Source: a virus
Taxonomy: Duplodnaviria; Caudoviricetes
IMG/VR virus record: IMGVR_UViG_3300043747_000015
Coordinates: 1-24,208 of that record
Length of the DNA: 24,208 bases
Strand: one strand, 5' to 3'
The translations under genes were made by a program, and so were the position numbers. The notes under the pieces were generated by a model. It saw nothing but the letters and a program-made list of their open reading frames with translations, was not told where the DNA came from and ran no database searches. Positions within the stretch are counted from its first letter, which is position 1, and every line of letters starts with the position of its first letter. Of this stretch, positions 18,314 through 24,208 are shown piece after piece.

Positions 18314-18709
18314 ATGATTAACAATGTATCTTTAACTGGTAGACTTACAAAGGACGCTGAATTACGTTATACATCAAATGGAAATGCGGTAGCAAACTTC
18401 ACACTTGCGGTTAATCGTAAATTTAAGTCAGAGGGTCAACCGGAAGCGGATTTCATTAACTGCGTTATTTGGAATAAAGCGGCTGAAACACTTGTAAATT
18501 TCACTGGTAAAGGGTCTTTAATCGGTGTTGAGGGTAACATCCAAACGCGATCTTGGGAAGGTGAAGACGGTAAAAACCGTTACGTAACGGAAGTTTATGT
18601 AAACAACTTCATTTTCTTAGAGTCAAAGAAGGAAACGGAAGAGGAAGAAAAGGCACCCTCAAAACAGCCTGCTAAACAGGGCTATCAAAAGAAGTCTTAC
18701 AAAAAGTAA
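18314..18709 (+). CDS. ssb: single-stranded DNA-binding protein, bacterial OB-fold type
   Basis: [20 protein letters not shown]...FTLAVNR...ADFINCVIW...[15 protein letters not shown]; GAGG RBS before ATG 18314. Confidence 0.93.
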   Translation: MINNVSLTGRLTKDAELRYTSNGNAVANFTLAVNRKFKSEGQPEADFINCVIWNKAAETLVNFTGKGSLIGVEGNIQTRSWEGEDGKNRYVTEVYVNNFIFLESKKETEEEEKAPSKQPAKQGYQKKSYKK

Positions 18710-18720
18710 GGGGTGATTAG

Positions 18721-19050
18721 ATGCCCGCTACAACTAGAGGGGTTTATCACAATTTACGGAAAAGTAAATATACGATTTCTAATGGTGAAGTCGTATATTT
18801 CTTTTCAAGTGAGTTGTATCGAGATAAGTTTTTAAAAGGCTATGAGGTGAACCGAATTACCTTAAAAAATAAAATAGACAAGACGCCTTTGAATATGGAT
18901 ACCTTGGCTGATGTTTTGTTTTATGAAAAAATTGAAAAACGTGGGTTCTTTGTAAGATTAGATAGAGTACCAGTATCATATAATGATTTATATAAGTATG
19001 CTTTGAGAAAGATGAATGAGAAAGACTCTCCTAAGTGGGTGATTAAGTGA
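18721..19050 (+). CDS. late-gene transcription activator (phi29 p4-like)
   Basis: MP.T.RGVYHNL..S.Y...FFSSELY..KFL.GY...NMD.LAD..FY...EKRGF resembles p4. Confidence 0.9.
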   Translation: MPATTRGVYHNLRKSKYTISNGEVVYFFSSELYRDKFLKGYEVNRITLKNKIDKTPLNMDTLADVLFYEKIEKRGFFVRLDRVPVSYNDLYKYALRKMNEKDSPKWVIK

Positions 19051-19844
19051 CAACAGACAAGAAAATGCGTGTATCCAAAAAGGATAAAGCGGAATATACT
19101 AGATTAAAGAACAATGTAAAGAACAAGATCAAACGTGTACAAAAACAACATAACCTAGATTTATCGGGTCTGATCGAATTACCAGACCTTAATTCTTTCA
19201 CTAGAAAGGGTTTTAATTCGTGGAAAGAGGAAGCTGCAAAATTCTCTTCCAGAGTCAATAAAGTTAAGAAAAATGAATTCGGTGTCCCATACACAAACCA
19301 ACTAGTAAACGAATACAAAAGACGTGCAGATAAAGCCAATGAAATAAAAGATAAGTTTAATAAAGTTTTTGAAAATGTACCTTTAATATCAGGGGGTAAA
19401 CCTACGGGGATGTCCGTTGCGGTTTATGACATGTTGATGAAGGATGCAGATGACTTAGGAAATAAGACTCCACAAAAGTTTGAAATAGATAAAATCAAAG
19501 ATTTACGCGGTTTAGAAAAGAAAATGAAACGCATTGATGAAGAGCAAGACATACAAAGTTACTTGAATGATATGTCTGATATGCAAAAGAACTGGATTGA
19601 AGGAATGGAGAAGGTATTTAATAGTGCTGCTGACAGCTTGGTGAATAAAATTAAACTGTTGCCGCCTGCTATCTTTTATGAGTTGTATAAATCAACAAAA
19701 GAATTACAATTTGACTATTGGTACCCTGATGACGCGGAATCAGACATGTTTGATGAAACGGTATCATACATCGAAGAGCAATTTGATAATAATTTCAGAG
19801 ATAAAGAATTGATGTTATTGAAGGATTTCCCAGACAAATGGTAA
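19047..19844 (+). CDS. terminal protein (gp3-like)
   Basis: Basic N-terminus R....DKAEY.RL..N.K.KI.R; acidic C-terminal priming domain; directly upstream of the polymerase. Confidence 0.85.
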   Translation: MTTDKKMRVSKKDKAEYTRLKNNVKNKIKRVQKQHNLDLSGLIELPDLNSFTRKGFNSWKEEAAKFSSRVNKVKKNEFGVPYTNQLVNEYKRRADKANEIKDKFNKVFENVPLISGGKPTGMSVAVYDMLMKDADDLGNKTPQKFEIDKIKDLRGLEKKMKRIDEEQDIQSYLNDMSDMQKNWIEGMEKVFNSAADSLVNKIKLLPPAIFYELYKSTKELQFDYWYPDDAESDMFDETVSYIEEQFDNNFRDKELMLLKDFPDKW

Positions 19845-19876
19845 TAAGACTGACAAGAGGGGAGGGGTGGAAATAG

Positions 19877-21644
19877 GTGGCAAGGAAAATGTTTATGTCA
19901 GACTTTGAAACGACTACCGACCCCAATGACTGTCGCGTGTGGGCATATGGATGGATGGAGTTATTTAATAAAGATAACTGGAATATCGGGAATAACATGG
20001 ATGATTTTATGCAATGGTGTGAACAGGTGAAAGCGGACATTTATTTCCACAATCTTTAAATTTGATGGTTCTTTTATCGTAAACTATTTACTTGCTAATG
20101 GCTTTGAATGGACTACATCCAAGCAAGCGAGAGCACGAACGTTTACGACTATCATTTCTAAAATGGGTCAGTGGTACATGATCGACATTTGTTACGGGTT
20201 TAAGAAAAGCGGGAAAAAGAGAGTGAAGTTACATACCGTCATTTATGACAGCTTGAAAAAACTCCCGTTCCCTGTAAAATCAGTTGCTAAGGCGTTTAAT
20301 CTGGAAGTAGAAAAGGGCGATATTGATTACAAAGCGTATAGACCTGTTGGCCATGAAATTACGTATGAAGAAACAAAGTACATCTATAATGATATTTATA
20401 TTGTTACCTGTGCATTAGAAATACAGTTCAACCAAGGTTTGGAGAAAATGACAGTTGGATCCGATGCAATGGGTAGTTTTAAAACCATGATCGACAAAAA
20501 GGTGTTCGCCCGTAACTTCCCTAAATTGTCACCTGAACTAGATGAAAATATACGTAAAGCCTATCGGGGTGGGTTTACTTGGGTAAATGAGAAATTCCAA
20601 GGGGAACCAATAGGTGAAGGGATGGTATTTGATGTAACTAGTCTGTACCCTTCGAGAATGTATGATTGTGATTTACCATATGGAATACCTTTACCATTCA
20701 AAGGGGAGTATGTAAGCGACCCAAAATACCCATTGTATATTCAACATATTCGATGTGAGTTTGAAATAAAAGAGGGTCATATTCCTACCATTCAAATTAA
20801 GAAGAATTTGAGATTCAAGCAAAACGAATATTTAAAAGACAGTGGGGACAAGGTAGTAGATTTATATGTTTCCAATGTTGATCTTGAATTGATTAAGGAA
20901 CATTATCATTTATATGATGTGGAATACTTGAACGGTTTCAAGTTCAAGAAAAAGAAAGGGTTATTCAAGGAATACATTGATTTTTGGATGAACATTAAGG
21001 ATGAAGCAAGTAAAACAGGTAATGAAGCCATGCGGACGCTTGCTAAGTTGATGTTGAATAGTTTGTACGGGAAGTTTGCTAGTTCAATGGACGTTACGGG
21101 GAAAGTACCAACATTAAAAGAAGACGGGGCCTTAAAATTCATTCTTGGGGAAGAGGAAACAAAAGACCCTGTTTATACCGCAATGGGTGTGTTCATTACA
21201 AGTTATGCTAGAGACTATTGCATTAGAACCGCACAGAGTGTGTATGATAGGATTTTATACTGTGATACTGATAGCATCCACATAACTGGTACAGATATTC
21301 CCGAAGCGATTAGAGATATTGTAGACCCGTATGAGTTAGGTTTCTGGAAGCATGAGAGCACCTTTAAAAAGGCAAAATATGTTAGACAGAAAACCTATAT
21401 GGAAGAGTTATACGGGAAAATGATATGGAACGAAAAAGAAGGTAAGGAAAAATTTAAAGAGTGTTCACCTGAAGAAAGCACGTGCACGAAGGTAGATGTG
21501 AAGTGCGCGGGGATGCCTGAAAACATTAAACAATATGTGACCTTCGATAACTTTGAGGTGGGCTTTACGCATGATGGTAAGCTGTTGCCTAAACAGGTTA
21601 AGGGTGGCGTTGTGTTGGTGGATACGTATTTTACTATTAAGTAG
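19877..21644 (+). CDS. protein-primed family B DNA polymerase (gp2-like), interrupted by a +1 frameshift at about 20054-20060
   Basis: ExoI SDFETT; ExoII YFHNL/KFDG split across frames; motif A FDVTSLYP; motif B KLMLNSLYGKF; motif C YCDTDS; KTY. Confidence 0.93.
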
Positions 21645-21655
21645 GAGGATTAAAA

Positions 21656-21811
21656 ATGGAAAAGATTACAGAATTGCAAGATTTAAACGATAGGCTCTAT
21701 AAAGTGGTCGAAATTCTTAAAAGAAAACAGGAAAACAAAGAATTATTAACGATTCAAGCCGATTTAGTTGAAGAAATTGCTGATTATATGAGAGAAATTT
21801 TAAGCAATTGA
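21656..21811 (+). CDS. 51-aa hypothetical protein
   Basis: AGGAGG RBS; MEKITELQDLNDRLYKVVEIL...REILSN. Confidence 0.7.
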   Translation: MEKITELQDLNDRLYKVVEILKRKQENKELLTIQADLVEEIADYMREILSN

Positions 21812-21815
21812 TTGG

Positions 21816-21839
21816 TGCGTACTTCGAAGATTAAACGAC
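21816..21839 (+). repeat. 24-bp dispersed motif, copy C (TGCGTACTTCGAAGATTAAACGAC)
   Basis: Starts 4 nt after a stop codon, just before the next RBS; 20/24 identical to copy D. Confidence 0.8.
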
Positions 21840-21849
21840 GAATAGGAGG

Positions 21850-22164
21850 GTGAATGTGAGTTTTAAGGAAGAGTATTTAAAACATAAGAAGGAAAATAAA
21901 ACAGACGCAGAAATCATGGAAGTTTTAGATATTCCTCCTTATAAGTTTTATGAGTTAAAAAAGATGAATGATTTAATTAAGAAGTCATATGGGATTAAGA
22001 GACCTAGGATGAACTATTGTGGGTTAACAGATGAAATGCTTAGAAAAGGGGAGTCGATTGGTCTTTCTAAGCGTTTAATGTACAAACGTGTTCGTGAATT
22101 ATATTGGGATCATGAACGCGCTGTGACTGAACCGAAGGGTAAGAGGGGAGGGAAGAGAGAGTGA
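21850..22164 (+). CDS. putative DNA-binding (HTH-like) protein
   Basis: GGAGG RBS; basic; TDAEIMEVLDIP and GLSKRLMYKRVREL.WD.ERA.TEP resemble HTH segments. Confidence 0.6.
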   Translation: MNVSFKEEYLKHKKENKTDAEIMEVLDIPPYKFYELKKMNDLIKKSYGIKRPRMNYCGLTDEMLRKGESIGLSKRLMYKRVRELYWDHERAVTEPKGKRGGKRE

Positions 22165-22307
22165 TTTTATATCAATTAAACAGTGGATGGGCGCAAAAGA
22201 TTTATAGGACATTGGTTAATGAATATCACTTTAATTTGGAAACGTTACTTTTGTTGGATTGGGATAATTTGCAGAAATTGGCGGTTGAGTATGGTGTTAG
22301 GAGATAG
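22161..22307 (+). CDS. 48-aa hypothetical protein
   Basis: GTGA overlap with the upstream stop; GGAGG RBS; open to TAG 22307. Confidence 0.55.
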   Translation: MILYQLNSGWAQKIYRTLVNEYHFNLETLLLLDWDNLQKLAVEYGVRR

Positions 22308-22330
22308 ACGTTGTTGATTGATATGACGAC
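22307..22330 (+). repeat. degenerate motif, copy E (GACGTTGTTGATTGATATGACGAC)
   Basis: Keeps the CG-n3-TT-n4-GAT-n4-CGAC spacing; begins at a stop codon and precedes an RBS. Confidence 0.5.
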
Positions 22331-22349
22331 ATAAAAGGAGGTTGAATAA

Positions 22350-22565
22350 GTGGAAAATTTATTCGTTATAAAAGTAATCAATACGTCAGAAGCAGAATTG
22401 AGAAAATGGTACAGAAAAAAGGGCGGAGAACTGTATATTGTTAGGCACGACAAGGAAATAGGCGGGTTTAAGACAGTCGGCAACATTGATGATGAAGGAA
22501 GTATTGGTCATATTGATGGTTATTTTTGTGAAGTGATTGCAGAATTTGAATATGACGACGATTAA
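22350..22565 (+). CDS. hypothetical protein
   Basis: AGGAGG RBS; flanked by motif copies E and D. Confidence 0.7.
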   Translation: MENLFVIKVINTSEAELRKWYRKKGGELYIVRHDKEIGGFKTVGNIDDEGSIGHIDGYFCEVIAEFEYDDD

Positions 22566-22589
22566 TGCGCACTTCGAGGATTAAGTGAC
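22566..22589 (+). repeat. 24-bp dispersed motif, copy D (TGCGCACTTCGAGGATTAAGTGAC)
   Basis: Directly follows TAA 22565. Confidence 0.8.
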
Positions 22590-22611
22590 AAAAACAAAGG
22601 AGGAATAATCA

Positions 22612-22782
22612 ATGAACTATGAAGAAAAGAAAATCGTAATAGGCCGGGTTGCGAGGGTACTTAATGTTGATGAAAAACGTATTTGGTCTCAAAATATGAT
22701 TGATACAGTGGTTAGTTTGGTTGACCATGCGGAAAAACAAGAAACTTTATTGGGGATGTGGGTTAAGGATGAAATTAAATGA
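22612..22782 (+). CDS. 56-aa hypothetical protein
   Basis: AGGAGG RBS; MNYEEKKIVIGRVARVLNV...WVKDEIK. Confidence 0.65.
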   Translation: MNYEEKKIVIGRVARVLNVDEKRIWSQNMIDTVVSLVDHAEKQETLLGMWVKDEIK

Positions 22783-23065
22783 ACTGTGTAAGAAAGCATT
22801 TGAAACAGCTAAATCGAAGGGGTGGCATGATGTCCCTAGGGAAATGGGTACTATCCTTTGTTTGATTCATGGTGAGGTGTCGGAAGCCATGGAAGCGGAT
22901 CGAAGGGGTGAAGGATGGGATAGAGTAACAGAAGAGTTGGCAGACGTTCTGATTAGGGTGTTTGATTTATGCGGTAGCTTAAACTTAGATTTGGAAAGTG
23001 CGGTTAGTAAGAAAATGGAGTTTAATAAAGGAAGGGCATATAAACATGGAGGGAAGAGTTATTAA
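22769..23065 (+). CDS. MazG-like nucleotide pyrophosphohydrolase
   Basis: LIHGEVSEAMEA...EELADVLIR...KMEFN..R all-alpha NTP-PPase motif; ATG 22769 more plausible than 22700. Confidence 0.8.
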   Translation: MKLNELCKKAFETAKSKGWHDVPREMGTILCLIHGEVSEAMEADRRGEGWDRVTEELADVLIRVFDLCGSLNLDLESAVSKKMEFNKGRAYKHGGKSY

Positions 23066-23385
23066 TGAATAATAAAAAATTACTAGAAGTTATGCATGGT
23101 TTAGCTGAATTTCACAATGCTTATCGTAATAGGGAAGAAGAATTAAATGAATTAAAGAAAGTTAAAAAAGAAATGCAAAGTAAGATTGTTTCATTGGAGT
23201 TGGATTTGGATGATTTAAAACATAGAAGCAATCCTAACACATTATCAAAATCAAATATAGCATTACTTAGAACAATGATTAGATTGTCGATGGAATCAGG
23301 AAAAATAGGTGTAATTAATCTAGCAAAAATAGATGTTGAAAGATTGGAAAAAATATATGAGGAGTTGTTTAAATTATATGATTAA
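23065..23385 (+). CDS. hypothetical coiled-coil protein
   Basis: TAATG coupling; heptad-like segment. Confidence 0.65.
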   Translation: MNNKKLLEVMHGLAEFHNAYRNREEELNELKKVKKEMQSKIVSLELDLDDLKHRSNPNTLSKSNIALLRTMIRLSMESGKIGVINLAKIDVERLEKIYEELFKLYD

Positions 23386-23590
23386 CAAATGGGGTGTCAT
23401 GCTTCATTCCGTTAATGGTTACGATAAACCACATCATGAATATTTAGAATTTGAAAATATGGTAGACGTTGCTCGTTTCCTTATCACACAAAAACCGCCA
23501 AGGGGTTATAAACTGGTAAGTGTGGAAATTAAGGAAGCTGAACAGTTAGAACTAGAGTTGTTTGATAATGTTAGGGGGTGGGGTGGGTGA
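23378..23590 (+). CDS. hypothetical protein
   Basis: GAGGAG RBS before ATG 23378. Confidence 0.6.
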   Translation: MINKWGVMLHSVNGYDKPHHEYLEFENMVDVARFLITQKPPRGYKLVSVEIKEAEQLELELFDNVRGWGG

Positions 23591-23778
23591 TGGATGAAAT
23601 TTTTGAAATGCAACAAACCTCTAATAGAGATTATTTGAAAGGTAGATTAAAGAAATATAGTAAAGAAGATTTAGAATATATGATGGTTGGTGTACTTGAA
23701 ATATTTGTTCCTAGTAAAAATTATGATAATTTATTTAAAAGGTTGGATGAAATTCTTGAAAATGATGGTAATGTTTAG
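23590..23778 (+). CDS. hypothetical protein
   Basis: TGATG coupling to the upstream ORF. Confidence 0.6.
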   Translation: MDEIFEMQQTSNRDYLKGRLKKYSKEDLEYMMVGVLEIFVPSKNYDNLFKRLDEILENDGNV

Positions 23779-23784
23779 TATACT
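23756..23784 (+). promoter_or_regulatory. sigma-A promoter for pRNA (A1-like)
   Basis: TTGAAA (23756-23761), 17 bp, TATACT (23779-23784); predicted start near 23791, the first base of the pRNA stem. Confidence 0.8.
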
Positions 23785-23790
23785 ATTAAT

Positions 23791-23960
23791 AGTGAGACAT
23801 AACTCTTCCTATAATGTACCGTTCGCAAGAACTTTTCCGCATTGAGTTGCGCTTGCACGGGTTGCTGAATGAAAAACAGTTGCATTACAAGTGCTTATGA
23901 TTTCGCTAACCCTTGACCCCCTGAAAAGCCTTAACGGGTGCAATATACGGGGGTTACTAA
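23791..23960 (+). ncRNA. prohead/packaging RNA (pRNA)
   Basis: 117-nt domain I (23791-23907) with A helix, CCUA bulge, three-way junction, UUGAGU loop and complementary UUUUC/GAAAA loops; domain II hairpin about 23914-23956. Confidence 0.88.
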
Positions 23961-23983
23961 ATAGGTGGAAGGGGTTTTAGTTT

Positions 23984-24196
23984 GTGGATGAATTATTATT
24001 TCAATTAGGTAGATGGTGTGACAAAAAGGGGTACGAATATTTTTATAGTAAACATTCAGAAAATATACAGGGTTATTTCTCGATATTTAATCCGAAGAAA
24101 GATAAACACTTAAGTTTTATAATGGATTACGGGATGATTGACAATTTTGATAGATTAACAAAGGAAATAGAAATTAAAATGGTTATGGAGGGGTAA
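23984..24196 (+). CDS. hypothetical protein
   Basis: GGAAGGGG RBS; open frame; followed by a truncated ORF at the window end. Confidence 0.6.
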   Translation: MDELLFQLGRWCDKKGYEYFYSKHSENIQGYFSIFNPKKDKHLSFIMDYGMIDNFDRLTKEIEIKMVMEG

Positions 24197-24208
24197 GGAT
24201 GGAAAAGA

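Noticed and set aside
20060-20162. Intron or intein interrupting the polymerase
   Set aside because: The gap translates directly as polymerase sequence (KFDGSFIVNYLL...) in the +1 frame, so it is a one-base shift
1690-22486. Minus-strand ORFs over early genes (1690, 1890, 2531, 19043, 19795, 20906, 22226)
   Set aside because: Antisense to better-supported genes that have RBSs and motifs
21816-22589. Repeats interpreted as a CRISPR array or Xer/dif sites
   Set aside because: Spacing is gene-sized and irregular, the copies are degenerate, there are no cas genes, and they do not resemble the Bacillus dif sequence
1-24208. Inverted terminal repeats or complete genome ends
   Set aside because: The ends (TTGTATT... 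and ...GGAAAAGA) are not complementary and the right end cuts an ORF, so the termini are probably outside the window

Overview
The window is most of the genome of a phi29-like podovirus (Salasmaviridae; the host is probably Bacillus or a related Bacillaceae member), shown in reverse of the conventional phi29 orientation. No terminal repeats are visible, so the ends are probably missing. There are three blocks. (i) An accessory early block at 107-2885 (+) with an FtsK/SpoIIIE-like ATPase and a replication-relaxation-type protein. (ii) The late operon at 17254->2940 (-): scaffold, capsid, tail knob, connector, lower collar, two extra genes, gp12-like appendage, gp13-like tail lysin, holin, GH25-LysM endolysin, packaging ATPase, a small ORF and an extra NlpC/P60-like protein. 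(iii) The divergent early operon at 17560-24208 (+): p6, a small membrane ORF, a structured non-coding region, bacterial-type SSB, p4, terminal protein, protein-primed DNA polymerase B, small accessory ORFs and a pRNA. Highlights: a degenerate ~24-bp motif that sits right after stop codons of accessory genes and also in-frame inside both extra tail genes, so it brackets their variable domains like cassette-recombination sites; a +1 frameshift at CTT-TAA-A in the DNA polymerase; a pRNA that folds by eye with UUUUC/GAAAA interlocking loops; a second, unexplained ~185-nt structured RNA upstream of ssb; and a GGUHAAYAG motif recurring in structured leaders. All family assignments come from remembered motifs and synteny, not database searches.
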